Assembly: GCA_951406725.2 (NCBI GenBank)
Contig: OX597821.1
Coordinates: 100,130,001-100,194,000, forward strand
Length of the DNA: 64,000 nucleotides
Source of the DNA: Octopus vulgaris
Lineage: Eukaryota
Direction of reading: 5' to 3'
The position numbers and the translations under genes are program-made. The notes below the pieces were generated by a model. That model was given only the letters and a program-made list of their open reading frames with translations, was not told the origin of the DNA and made no database searches. Below are positions 12,131-25,271 of this stretch, piece by piece; position 1 is the first letter of the stretch, and every line of letters starts with the position of its first letter.

Positions 12131-15129
12131 ATATTAGATCTATAATACATAGATGTATACAGGTACGCGCGCATACCGATGCACACACCCACTTATATAT
12201 ACGCACACATACAGTATATATTCCCAGTTTCAATGCATATTCAGCTGTTCCGCAACTGATCTTTATTCTGTACGTGGTAGATGCAGTAGAGCACGATGTA
12301 AACCCTCAGTAATTTTAAATTTATGAAGCAATTTCTATTTCCAGTTGAGCCTGTTCATTTCACTTACGCTGATCCTAAGTCACAGTGTATTTGCGTTGCT
12401 TACAAAAGTGTGGCCGACTTTCTACTGATGGAAAACGAAATTCAAATTCTAAAGAATACACATATTTCTTTATGTAGTAGCAATACGATAGAAAGGTTTT
12501 GAAGCACTCTTTACAACCACATGGTTGCGAGTTCGATCATACTGTGTGGTCTCTTGGGCTAATTTAATTTCTCATAGCTCCATGATCCTACAGTTTTTTC
12601 ATAGCTGTAGGATCGACAAAAGTATAGTACGTATTGTATCACACATATTCTGCCAGAGAATTACGTTAAGGGGGCACGATGTTTCTGTGGGATGCGCAGC
12701 CCTTTTATGCGATTATTCAAAAAATCATTCAGTTGATCGAACAGCTGAATCCTCATCGTTCAGCGGCGAAGATCCGCCATATCCGGAACATTGGTTTCAA
12801 ATTTGGTATGAGGCCAACAATTTCGGTGAAGGATACAAGTCGATTACATCAACCCAAATACTCAACTGGTACTTATTTTATCGATTCCGAAAGGATGCAA
12901 GGCAAAATCGACCTCGGCGGAATTTGAACTCAGACCGTAAAGACGGACGAAATTCTTCTAAGCATTTCACCTGACATGCTAACGATTCTGCTAGCTCGCT
13001 GTCTTACAATATCAGAATATTGGCTTCAAATTTAGACGCAAGGCCGGCAATTTTGAGTGAGGATGGAAGCCGATTAAATCGAACCCAGTGCTCCACTCGT
13101 ACTCATTTTATCGACCCCGAAACGAGGAAAGGCAAAGAATGTGCATGCGGATGAAACGCCGCAAAGCATTTTACAGAGCGCAATAACGAACCTTCTAACT
13201 CACTGACTTACCCTATCGGAATATTAATACTAAAGCTTATGAATGAGCAAAATTTAGATAGGTTTCAGATATTTTAAACTAAATCTTAACTAAATTTATA
13301 ATGAAATTATACCAAGAAGAATTTGACACGCCAATTTTTAAATTGCACCTGTAAAAGAATACAAATTCAGCATGAACGAAGCAAAGCGGTAGAGCTCTTA
13401 AATGAAATAATGATAGAAATAACAGCTATATCTTCACATCACACTTTACCGTCTTCAAACACAACTCATTGTATAATGAAGTTTGAAATATTAAGATGGA
13501 CTGGTTATGGATAGAATGGTATTTACTATGGATCACTTCCTTCAGAGGTGATTTGGGGTTAACACATAAAGGAATATACTTGAAAAAGATGAATCAAGGA
13601 GTGACCTTTTATGTGGAATTTCGTCTTGCTAGAAATAGGACCCATGTATTTCTCTAATCACACTCATGAGTATTCTTTCTTTTCTTTTATTAATTTCAAC
13701 CACTGAAGTGCGGCCATGATGGGGCACGGCCCGGAAGTGTTTTAGTCGAACAAATCAGCTCCAGCAATTATTGCCTGCGTGAGTTGAGAGAATTGCTGTC
13801 TGGGAGATATCTTATGGTAGTAGAATAGTATTTAACTGCTATTTCTAAATTTCGGTATGCGGTGAAGCAATTTTGCTAAGCCCTAATTATAATTATGTTT
13901 ATAATTGTAATAATTTTTATACATACACACACATATTATTTTCAACCCAACAAGTCTCTGAAGAGAGTTTATCTCAAATAATTTAACAGTGTCATGTTTA
14001 GAACGATGTGTATCCGTTTAGTATGATGCATATATGGTGATTTTAATGTAACGCTGCATCAGTTGTGTATGCCAATTGTTTCTACAGCTTGGGAAGCTTT
14101 CGCCAAACCAGTAAATGCTTTTATTCACCGTTTCCTATATATCGAAGACATTTCGTTTAGATAGATGATAACTAAGTGCATAGCATCGCAAGATTCAGCC
14201 AAAGAGAAACGCATCTGTCGTTCCCTTGACTCACTGCAGCAACGATTCATCTCGCTTCGATTGACACAAGTCCGTGAAGAGATTTTTATATCAGACAGTT
14301 CCATAGCATCATGCCTTTTAAATGGTGTGTTTACTTTTAGTATCATCATTGGCGATTTTATTTATGAATGGTAATTAAAAAAAGATCATAAAAATTAATA
14401 TATAGTTAAATTATTAAAGGTGTATATTTACCGAACTTTGAGGAATAAAATTTTGACAAATGAAATTTTAGCTCATGAAATATGCTTGTATTTAGGAGTT
14501 GGTATGGACATTTAGTATTAACACTATTTTTAAGTGGTTCCTAAAAGAAATGCGTCTACAGCGGGTATTTGAAATGCTGTTAAGTTATCCACTCTATTAA
14601 TCTTATATTTACACATTAATAATTTTTAAAAAACCGTTGAGAACATTTATGAATGTTGTATGTCTATTGTTTTTATTTGTTTCAGTTATTGGGCTGCATC
14701 TATACTTGAGCACTGTCTTGTAGGGTCAGTCGAACAAATCGACTGACCCCAGCCCTTGTTTTTAAAGTCTCCTACCTATTGCATTGTTTTTCTAATGCCG
14801 AGAAGCAAAGCTACGGAGATGTAAACAAACTAACACTGGTTGTTTAGAGGTGAGGCGACAAACACGAACGCAAAGACATACGTGTATATATATTTGTATG
14901 TATGTGTTTTTGAACAAAACACTTCATTTCTCGTTGGTCCAGTCCGCTCAGCTGCAAATAGGTCACTCTGTGATGAGCCAGTCTTCCGATCAGGAGATAT
15001 GTTGGCCTGATCGCATAGCCAGCGAGTGGCATCGTTCAAAAGCTAAAACGATGCAAAGCGCATTGTGACCAGTGATGTATAATATCCAATATTCTGATTG
15101 ATCACTTGATATATATATATATATATGTA

Positions 15130-15506
15130 TATATAACATTAAAAGTCAGTTTGAATCTTGCCTGCTTGCTTGCAATATTACCCAGCCAAACTGGAGCATA
15201 ATGGGAAAATACTATGAATTAACATTACCCAGAAATGTTAATACGAACGGAGTGAAACAAATTTCGCGTAAATCGTAGCAGTAGTTATTTAGATATTCGG
15301 GGTTTAGGGGTATAAATACTAAAAACGGTGCATAATGGGAAATGTGCCGAATTTAACTTCATTCTGAAAGGGAAGAAACTCTAACCTTTCGATTTCACAT
15401 TCATTGAAACCATGTGAAATAACCAGGAAAAGAAAAATACTCGCGAAACGAAAGTCAGTTGCTGGGATATTTAGAGTTTTCCGGTGGCCCACTGGGTCAC
15501 GGGTAG
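15130..15506 (+). mobile_element. Possible non-autonomous Helitron
   Basis: Helitron-like 5' region and a 3' GC hairpin (CCCACTGGG) ending GTAG|T, a variant of CTAG. Confidence 0.4.
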
Positions 15507-15589
<83 letters not shown>

Positions 15590-16096
15590 GACGCACTTTC
15601 ACACACACACACAGAGGTCAACCTCCACACTGTTTCCGCCTACCAAATTCAATCACAAAACATTGGTCGGCCCCAAATTATAGTAGAAGGCACTTGTCTA
15701 AGCTGTCACAAAGTAGGACCGAACCTGTGAACACATGGCTGTAAAGTGAACTAATTTAGTTATTGACTGATATTGCTTTGTACTGGAGGCAAATTGTGTT
15801 TCGTAATTATTTGAAATCCTCAGCGAAGCATAAACTTCATTGTGTTTGCTATGTTAGTAATGATAGTATCACTTAGTAAACGTACAAAGATGTATACTTG
15901 TAGGTGCAGGTGTGGAAGTGTAGAAATAGTCAAAGAGTAAATTAGTATTTAAGATAACAGAGTTAACATTGCAATAACAAGAGGAAGTATAGTATAATTT
16001 TAACATTCTTTACTTCTTTATCTCGCCATATAATACTGATAGCTAAAAGTGATTCTTTACATTTAAACGATAATCACTTAACGATTGATATTTTAA

Positions 16097-16484
16097 TCTT
16101 TATATATAAAAGTGAGGTTGTGTGTCTGTCTGTCTCCTACGATTTAGATTCCTAACTACTCCCACATTTTGCGGTGCAGTGTAACCAAAACCGGGTATCT
16201 TATAGTCTTGATTCATATCGAGCCCCTCTGGGTATTAGCGCGCGTCTACGATGAGTTACGATTTTAAAAAAAAAGTTACCATAATTTTTCCCATTTTTAA
16301 TGCATTTTTAGCTATTATATAAGGGAAGTAACTCTCTAAAAATGTATTATTAAATCTCAGAACGTAAAAAGCTACAGTAACTCCCCTTTGTGGTTAGCCA
16401 TATTGAGATGGCTATTATACTTTACATTATGCTTATATAGTTATTTCCCTTACAAACCCGAGCAACGCCGGGCGATACTGCTAG
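16097..16484 (+). mobile_element. Non-autonomous Helitron
   Basis: A|TC 5' end, 3' hairpin CCCGAGCAACGCCGGG about 10 nt before CTAG|T, no TSD. Confidence 0.85.
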
Positions 16485-17127
16485 TTAATGATAAATGTAT
16501 ATATAATGGTCTCGTTATGACTTGGTGCACAACAGTGGTTTCAATAAATGGATTGGAAAGAATGATGTTCATGCCGTTCCCATGGGTATTAACAGTATAA
16601 CTAATGAGGGGTAGCTTTGAGAGATGATTAAAAGCAGGTTAGCAGGATTATATTTTGCTTTACGTTGTCTACCTAAGTATTATTGAGAAGAGATTGAACT
16701 TGTTACGTTGGCGGGTTTATATTTAGCAGAATTAAGAAAATTGCGATGAACGAAATTTTGCCTACGACAAATGCTTGTATAAAGTAGTTTGTATGAAGAT
16801 TGTGTGTTAGCAAATTCTAGAGTAGTTCAAGGCGTTTGTATTTGTATGTGTGTGCGTGTAATATATGTATGCATATTACATGTGTATCTCTACACAGGCA
16901 CATATCTATATACATACAGATATATAGGTATGTACGTATGGCTATATCATATCTGCATACATATACACGTACACAGACACATACACACACACATATGTAT
17001 ATATTAATCTACACGATTGACTGAAAATGATGCGCTAACCCTTTCATAGTCGCTTTCTCTGTAACTTACAAAGCCTTCGGATTCGTTTACAAATACATAC
17101 ATACATACATACATACATAAATGTGAG

Positions 17128-17164
<37 letters not shown>

Positions 17165-17166
<2 letters not shown>

Positions 17167-17330
17167 ATACAGCAGGCGTCTTTCATTTCCGTCTACCAAA
17201 TCCACTCACAAAACTTTGGTCGGCCCGAGGCTATAGTAGAAGACATTTGCCCAAGGTACCGTGCAGTGAGATTGAACCCGGAACCTTGTGGTTGAGAAGC
17301 AAGCTTCTTACCACACAGCCACGTCTGCGC
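17165..17330 (-). mobile_element. SINE family A, 5' half
   Basis: Reverse complement of the family A head and core. Confidence 0.8.
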
Positions 17331-17349
17331 CTCTCTCCTTCTCTCTATG

Positions 17350-17435
17350 TAATATAATATAATATAATATAATATAATATAATATAATATAATATAATAT
17401 AATATAATATAATATAATATAATATAATATATATA
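17350..17435. repeat. (AATAT)n microsatellite
   Basis: Direct reading. Confidence 0.95.
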
Positions 17436-17440
17436 TTATT

Positions 17441-17690
17441 TTACAAATGAGGGTGAAAAATTTGATATTAATTTAATAATAGCATCAATTTAACACCAAG
17501 TGGCTTAGCACATAAAACCAGGGATAAAATACAAATTTATACATAAATATGAGAGAGTAACCACTATGTGGTCGACTCTAGTGCTAAAATAGATCCGCTA
17601 TGGTATAGCCACTAAAAATTGTTTTAGTGGCTATACCATAGCGGATCTATTTTTAGCACTAGAGTCGACCACATAGTGGTTACTCTCTCA

Positions 17691-17697
<7 letters not shown>
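17441..17697. mobile_element. Penelope-like terminal fragment with a near-perfect ~75-bp hairpin, flanked by AT microsatellites
   Basis: 17543-17617 is the reverse complement of 17622-17697; same family as 41101-41755, which carries a hammerhead motif. Confidence 0.7.
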
Positions 17698-17739
<42 letters not shown>

Positions 17740-18587
17740 ACTAGTATGTTATTTATGAAGTAACAAATAAGTCATTTATAGAGATGAAGATAACAAGTTA
17801 ACCCCCGAATTGGCTGATTGCCAGTCAGAAGTGATCGGTTGGAGATTGGTCGGTTTGATGGGAGGTTCTTTTTCGGTACAAAGACAGCAGAGCTTTTATT
17901 GCCGCACGTCATTATATAATTCAAAACCATTCATTTCTGATTGTGTACCGCCATATGTGTATATGTATGTATGTATGCATGCCCGCTTGTGTGAAGCGCG
18001 CGTAGTACGTGTGTACGTGTGTGTGTGGATGTGCGTACGTGTGCGTGTTCCTTTCAAATGTTTTCGCCAGAGGATTGGTTAGTATTTAAATTGTATACAG
18101 ACCGACTGCTTGGAAATAGGATTGTCAGGTGAATGTAACAAATATCAATAGCAAGATATCCCTTGGATTTATATTACATTTAGTCGACGTCGGAGCCAAA
18201 ATAATTGCTGAAAACTCTAGGAAGCATCTTTAGTAAACAGTTATATGAATACTCGTAAGGTTGATGTAATTATCACAGCAACAGAAAGCAAATATGTTAC
18301 AGTAAAATATAACACTTTATTAAATAAGTTGCAATGATTAACAGAGAAATAACTGAGATTTCTTAAATTGCCTTTCTTTAGAAACTTTAAAGCGCCGGTG
18401 GTGTTTCTTACATGAATGGAAGGAATGACTTACACACACACACGCGCGCGCATGCATCTCTCTCTCTCTCACACACACTCTCTCTCTCTCTCTATATATA
18501 TATATGTCATTCAAAATGTGACCGCGTGTGTACCGTTGGCGATTTTTTCCCTCCGTCTTCCCTTCTTTGGATCTTTCCTTTTCCTAT

Positions 18588-18622
18588 GTTTCTGACGAAG
18601 AGCTCCGCTCGAAACGTTAAAC
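18588..18622 (+). ncRNA. Minimal type I hammerhead ribozyme in a ~220-bp (TA)n-flanked element (18505-18722)
   Basis: GTTT-CTGACGA-A-GAGC-TCC-GCTC-GAAA-CG-TT-AAAC: stem I GTTT/AAAC, stem II GAGC/GCTC, palindromic ACGT stem III. Confidence 0.75.
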
Positions 18623-18734
18623 CCTCCTTCTTTCCTTCCTTCCTGAGCGTCCAATAATACTGTATTTGTTCCACGTCCTCGCGTTGTGTTTTCTCTTTGT
18701 GTTTTCATGTTTGGGTTAACTTTATATATATATA

Positions 18735-19043
18735 TCACCGTGATCACCGTGACCGACCAGGCTATCAGATGTTGCTACACATCGCTGGTCACAATGCGCT
18801 TTGTATTGTTTTAGCCTTCAAATGACGCCACCCTGATGGCTAAGCGAGCAGGCCAACAGAAGAAAAGAGTGAGAGAAGGTTGTGGCGAAAGAGTACAGCA
18901 GGGATCGCCACCACCCACTACCGGAGCCTAGTGGAGTTTTAGGTATTTTCGCTCAATAAACACTCACAACGCCCGGTCTGGGAATCGAAACCGCGATCCT
19001 ACAACCGCGAGTCCACTGCCCTAACCACTGGGCCATTGCGCCT

Positions 19044-19047
<4 letters not shown>
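18735..19047 (-). mobile_element. SINE family C head with alternative 3' tail
   Basis: Head GGAGGCGCAATGGCCCAGTGGTTAGGGCAG; tail ...GCGCATTGTGACCAGCGATGTGTAGCAACATCTGATAGCC. Confidence 0.85.
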
Positions 19048-19085
<38 letters not shown>

Positions 19086-20146
19086 ACACACACACACACA
19101 TATATATATTAAAGCAAGGCGAATATAATACCTTTATGTACCCGCCTTCCAGCTGTGTCTCATATAAATGGAAGTATTTATAGTCTGACTTATTATTTGT
19201 ATACAGACACACACACACACACACACACACATTTTAATATTTCTCTTAGGAATTTCGATGCTAATAACTTGGTGTGGAACTCAATATACTTATGTTTCTG
19301 AACGAAGCGTTGGTCATACGCAGTGCAGTAATTTGTGTTCACAAATAAATTGCAATTCATGTTTGAGGCTCTCATGTAGTTGTAAGGTGTTATTCATCCA
19401 CTCAGCTATCAGTAAGTCTACCGCGTCCCTCCCGCGGAAGCAGGTGTAAGCTAATGAAGTTCATAAGATAACCGTTTATTTTTGTCGTCTTTTTTCTTAC
19501 ACACACACTCGGGAAAAATGAAGTCTTTTACGTTTTGAGCCTACGTTTTCCAATAGAACTCATATATATGTCTAAATCTATCTATCTACCTATCTATCTA
19601 CCTACCTATCTATCTGCCTGTCTATCTAAGATTCATATTGTCGTTCAAAGCTCGAAATGAGGAGTAGATGGACAGCTGACAACTGATGAAGGGTCGTTCT
19701 TTATGTTAGTTGTCCTGTTTTCCATTTGTTTCTCTGGTTGTTTGCGTATCAACTTGTTTTCGTATTTCACGTTGTTTACGGTTTGTGACGTCCTGTACCC
19801 ACTTATGCATATATGTAGGAATTTCTGTTCGTCTGTAGTTAAGGAATTAACGCGCAAGTGACTGTGGGGAGCTCAGTCACCCCTCAAACACGTGTATCCT
19901 TAACGTAGTTCTCAGGGTGATTAAGCGGGACACAGAATGTGACAAGGCCGACCCTTTGAAATACATGTATTACTGATTTTGCCAGTTGAGCGGATTGAAG
20001 CAACGTGAAATAAAGTATCTTGCTGAAGGATACAACGCGTCGCTGGGAATTGAACTCGCGACCTTACGATCATGAGCCAAATACCTTATACCAATAACCC
20101 ACGCACCTTCACCTAGTTAAGATTATTATAGCTATAAATATGAGTT

Positions 20147-20462
20147 GTGGAGGCGCAATGGCCCACTGGTTGGGGCAGCGAACTTGCAGTCAGAGAATCG
20201 CGGTTTCGATTCCCAGACCGGGCGTTGTGTGTGTTTATTGAGCGAAAACACCTAAAAAGTTCCACGAGGCTCCGGTAGGGGGTGGTGGTGACCCCTGTCG
20301 TACTCTTTCGCCACAACTTTCTCTCACTCTTTCTTCCTGTTTCTTGAGTAACACTGCAATGGACTGGCATCCCGTCCAGCTGGGGGGAACACATACGCCA
20401 CAGAAACCGGGAAACCGGGCCCATGAACCTGGCTAGGCTTGAAAAGGGCGCATAAAAAAAAA
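20147..20462 (+). mobile_element. SINE family C head with a second alternative tail and poly(A)
   Basis: Same head; tail GCAATGGACTGGCATCCCGTCCAG...AGAAACCGGG...CGCATAAAAAAAAA. Confidence 0.85.
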
Positions 20463-21234
20463 ATATGAGTTACAACTAAGACATTTAGCATAGTAATACT
20501 TCTTTATCCATTTTTAGTCCTGCTAAAAATATTCTAATGCATTGGTTATATATTTTTCCTTACGTTTCGTTTCATTCGTGAAGGTGTATAGTCTAGTGGT
20601 TAGAATGTTACATTCACGATCCTGGGAACGTGGGTTCGCATCAGGCAAAAGGCAACGACTCAATACATTATTTTTATCGTTCCTCAATGTATTTGAAATT
20701 ACCAACCTCTCATGTGAACTAAATTACTGCCGCTGCAGACCGTCGCCATCTATCTCAAATTCCGGACTTTATCAGTGGTCGGTTATTGGCTTTATCGCAC
20801 TGCTCTGATAGATGACACATGTGTAAGGTAGAGCGCTAACGATATCGTTAATATAGTTAATACGTAGCCATTGTTGATTGCACCTTCTATTAGCCAGACA
20901 TGGCTCAAGAATAGCGTGATCGCGTGTAATTTAAACTGTTGTTTCATGTGTCAATGAGAGAAATATTTCGTGGTCTCTAAACAGCAATTAATTACAGCTG
21001 TCAAATTAAATGTTCTCGCTGTTAGCATCGGACAAAGACTGACATAGTTGTCAGGACAGGATCGTAAACAAATCTTCATCAAATTTCGTCACAGAGTCTT
21101 AAGAAAAGAATGAGCACATTTAGGTAATGTGTTTCTAGGTGTACTATGGGTGGAAAAAAAGACGGAATGGTCGTCGCAGCTGGAATGCCTTTGATATGTT
21201 AAGTTGATCAGAACTAATTTGGAGGTAATCTTGG

Positions 21235-21616
21235 AAGTACTCCGTCGGTTACGACGAAGAGGGTTCCGGTTGATCCCAATCAATGGAACAGCCTGCTCGT
21301 GAAATGAACGTGTAAGTGGCTGAGCACTCCACAGACACGTGTACCCTTAACGTAGTTCTCGGGGATATTCAGCGTGACACAGAGAGAGTGACAAGGCCGG
21401 CCCTTTGAAATACAGGTACAACAGAAACAGGAAGTAAGAGTGAGAGAAAGTTGTGGTGAAAGAGTACAGCAGGGATCACCACCATCCCTGCCGGAGACTC
21501 GTGGAGCTTTAGGTGTTTTCGCTCAATAAACACTAACAACGCCCGGTCTGGGAATCGAAACCGCGATCCTATGACTGCGAGTCCGCTGCCCTAACCACTG
21601 GGCCATTGCGCCTCCG
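21235..21616 (-). mobile_element. SINE family C, full length
   Basis: Same head; tail ...AACTACGTTAAGGGTACACGTGTCTGTGGAGTGCTCAGCCAC...CGTAACCGACGGAGT. Confidence 0.88.
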
Positions 21617-21674
21617 GAGGTAATCAACGATAATAACAACAACAACAGCAACAATACCAGGAGCAACAGCAACA

Positions 21675-21862
21675 GTGGAGGCGCAATGGCCCAGTTAGGG
21701 CAGCGGAATCGCGATCGTAAGAACGCGGTTTTGATTCCCAGACCGGGCAATGTGAGTGTTTATTGAGCAAAAACACCCAAGCTCCACGAGGCTCCGGCGG
21801 GGAAGGGTGGTGAACCCCGCTGTACTCTTTCACCACAACTTTCTCTCACTCTTTCTTCCTAC
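21675..21862 (+). mobile_element. SINE family C 5' half, head-to-head with the preceding copy
   Basis: GTGGAGGCGCAATGGCCCAG...CACAACTTTCTCTCACTCTTTC. Confidence 0.85.
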
Positions 21863-22460
21863 TTCTGCCACAAAGCAGAGAAACCATGGTGTAACCCACT
21901 ATGGTGTGGTAAACTTTCAGACCCTAGTCTACATTTGCGAATCCTCTGTACCCCAGGACGGTTCAACTCTCCATTCGTTAAAAGCCACTGTTTACGGAAT
22001 GAGGATAACAACGTAGCTTTCGCGCCCGTGCAACCGCCTGTCTATCGCATGTGGAGGGTGGATTTTCAAGTTGCCACATGCATTCTTAGTAGCTTAGAGA
22101 AGGCTCGAATTAGAGATTATTCTTTGTGGCTAATGGCATGAGTCCTGATTGGAAGAAGAAGAAGAAAAAGAAGACAACAGCAACAACAATCGGAAGTCAG
22201 TGTTAATGAAAATTACTAAAAGATGTAATGTAGAATCGAAATGATGGCTGGAATTCGACTTGATTTTTTTAAAACACGGACAGTATGGACATGGCTTTTC
22301 AATCTTGCTTGGGACTTACACTCTTTGTACAAATATGACATTGATAGGTACCTCTTGTATTAGGTGTTATATTATTTTAATCGAACGTCACATGCTTCAG
22401 TCTGCCTCCTCATACACATTCGAAACACACGCACACACATACACGAGATAAACCAGAATG

Positions 22461-22871
22461 AGATCGTTTCGGTTTGAACGGCAGTTTTCAACATAATTTC
22501 TAGGTAACTAAAAAATTCTAAACTTGGTATACTGGTAGAATGTGTTTATAAAACATCTTTTTCTCTTGGTTTTATTGAGAAAATTCTATAGTTTGTAAGA
22601 TATTTGTTGTTTTTTTCTTCAATTTCTGCAATTTCAACCAATCACTGACGTATTTGAGGTAAAAAAAACATTCTGTGCCGTATGAATATGTCCCTCGTTT
22701 AAGAAACAGATTGGGTTTATTTACATTTGTGTAGAAAAAAAAGATACCCTTCCCCCATCCCTAATCCTAAAATAGATTGAAATGCAATAGATCGATACTA
22801 GGGTCATAATTATGGGTGACAATTTCATATGACACCGCTAGAAAAAACTGCCGTTCAAACCGAAAAGATCC
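22461..22871. mobile_element. Merlin-like MITE (GG..CC termini, 8-bp TSD)
   Basis: TIR consensus GGATCTTTTCGGTTTGAACGGCAG / CTGCCGTTCAAACCGAAAAGATCC; TSD CCAGAATG on both sides. Confidence 0.85.
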
Positions 22872-22900
22872 CCAGAATGAAAGTGGAAGATATTGCTTAC

Positions 22901-23019
22901 CACCGAATCCTGGCCGCAAACGCTTGTCATAACCCTCCAACATTTTGTCTAAAACTCGAGACATTTTATTTTGTCTTCGTACATGTTTATGGCATTGAAC
23001 TTCAACGTAAACGAACAAG
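22901..23019 (-). CDS. Coding exon of a Cys-loop ligand-gated ion channel subunit, GABA-A receptor-like
   Basis: Acceptor TTTTTTTCTTTTTCAG and donor G|GTAAGC; 119 nt, phase 2 in and phase 1 out; encodes LFVYVEVQCHKHVRRQNKMSRVLDKMLEGYDKRLRPGFG(G), matching the GABA-A motif LLxGYDxRLRPxFGG. Confidence 0.88.
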
Positions 23020-23381
23020 CTGAAAAAGAAAAAAAACAGACATTGAAATTTGAAATATTTTGAAATATTCGAGACGTGATTTTCTTTTATTAAATTTTAG
23101 CAATAATACATTTTATTGTTTTCGTTCGCAGTATCCAATATTGTTCAAATTTGCTACATTGATGTACGCGTAGGTTTTGTGCTAATTAATAAACTTATAT
23201 TTCTCTTGTTTGTTTTTTTTTTATACAAAGACAGTGCTGTCTAGTTAAGAAGATTGCTCTGAAACTACGTGGTTTCAGGTTCAGTCTCACTGCACGATAT
23301 CTTGAGCGAGAGTGTTCTAAAAAAAAACCCCGAGCCGTCCAGTGACTTGTAAGTGAAATTTAGATAGATATAATGTGGAAA

Positions 23382-23446
<65 letters not shown>

Positions 23447-24875
23447 ATACATATCATTTGTCTATATATACATATGTTTATACATATCATTTGTAGAAAG
23501 GCTAATTAATTTATGTAAAAGAAAAGCGAGAATGTATGTGATTTTCGTAATTAATATGTAAAAAACATCACTGTAGAAAATTTGAGCAAAATCGAAAAGA
23601 AATCTACCTGCAATAATTTTAAAACACATTACATTAATTTAAACAAAGGGGTTCTCTATCCAGAGCTAACTATTATGAAATATTTTATCTGGTGTTTGCT
23701 GTTCATTTTCTTTGAAGTCATAAATCGAATTTCATTTTAGTCTTTTATTTTACCTTGCTTTATGGGACTGAGGCCACGCTGGATCACTACTTTCAAGTGT
23801 TTCTCGTCGATCATAACGATCTAATTCCTTCAATCGTATATATCTATATTTTAACGAACACTTTTTCAAATGCTTAAGTGCAAAAGAACGTAATACCATT
23901 TTACACAAATCAACATAAATGCATGGGCGGACACGAACATGCACACACACACACACAGTTTATATAATTTATCAATAGAAAATGGTAAAATTTGTAAGAT
24001 TGCTAACGGAAATGGAGCCTCATTTCTAAGATAAACCTTGCCAATCACTGCACCAAACTGACTCGATGACAAGTAGGCTTCTGCATAGTTTTCATTCACT
24101 AAATTCTACACGCAAGATATTGGTCGTTCGGGGGCTATCACAAGAGGACACTTGCTCAAGGAACCGTGCTGTAGGATCGAATGCGGAATCACTTTAGAGC
24201 CACGCATATATACAAGCCGGATAATTTTTACCTTGAAAGAAAATACTGAAAAACAGTAACAAAATATATTCTTTCAAAAACATTCAATCTTCTGTGGTTA
24301 TCGACAAAGAGATCAAGATGACATGACACACAGTTATGTAACGGAAACTGTTGATGCATACATGATAAGTTGTGTCCTCAGTCTAAAAATAATTTCTATG
24401 CATATAACAGGATTTTCTATTCAATAATCTGCCATTCACGTCATTGCTTGTCGTCTTTTACACATTCTACAGAAGCTTAACTTTTCCGGATGAGGTTCTG
24501 TGACTTGTCTAAAGATTAGCTCTTCCGCTGAGCGCAATGGTTATCCGTGAGGAAAATTCTCAACATTTTTCTTCCTGTTTTTCTTTGTTCCTTTTGTTGT
24601 TTTACTTTAATTCTGAAAGCTAAGAGAGGCATCTATCTCCAAGGTAAACCATACTTAAGAGTCGAAAGTTATTTATCATAACGAGGTGTCATATTTTAAT
24701 ATTACAAGCTGATGTTATGGCATGATCAGCGTATAATGGAATGTGATACAAGATGGCTTTATCAGGTCAAAACTATCTATCTCTGCTAATGGAGATCATA
24801 GCTATACACTGAACTCAAATAGTTTCACTTATTTATTTAGAAACTTCTCACAAGTGAATATGAAATAATTTCTAG

Positions 24876-25271
24876 GGATCTTTTCGGTCTAACGGCAGTT
24901 TTTAACATAATTTCTAGGTAACTAAAAAGTTTAAAACTTCGTATACTGGTAGAATGTGTTTATAAAACATCTTTTTCTCTTGGCTTTATTGAGAAAATTC
25001 TATAGTTTGTAAGATATTTGTTGTTTTTTTCTTCAATTTCTGCAATTTCAACCAATCACTGACATCTATTGAGGTAAAAAACATTCTGTGCCGTATGAAT
25101 ATGTCCCTCGTTTAAGCAACAGATTGGGTTTATTTACATTTGTGAAGAAAAAAAGATACCCTAGCCCTAAAACAGATTGAAATGCAATAGATCGATACTA
25201 GGGTCATAATTATGGGTGACAATTTCATATGACACCGCTAGAAAAAACTGCCGTTCAAACCGAAAAGCTCC
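24876..25271. mobile_element. Merlin-like MITE
   Basis: Same TIRs and body as 22461-22871; TSD ATTTCTAG on both sides. Confidence 0.88.

Noticed and set aside
13600-13660. Minus-strand MGPISSK resembling the next GABA-A exon (SMGPISE)
   Set aside because: No polypyrimidine/AG acceptor or suitable donor, and flanking residues do not match
14000-14380. Coding-like stretch, possibly a Helitron N-terminal remnant
   Set aside because: No diagnostic motif recognised
19640-19830. CTGATGA motif in a repeat fragment
   Set aside because: No properly placed GAAA or NUH, so not called a hammerhead
20147-20225. tRNA gene-like sequences at SINE heads
   Set aside because: They have A/B-box-like motifs but continue into SINE bodies and do not form a full cloverleaf
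22767-22900. C-terminal half of the 83-aa ORF 22767-23018
   Set aside because: Read-through past the GT donor into intron and MITE sequence
22901-23019. Possible cephalopod chemotactile receptor
   Set aside because: Those derive from nicotinic receptors; GYDKRLRPGFGG fits the GABA-A/anion-channel branch better
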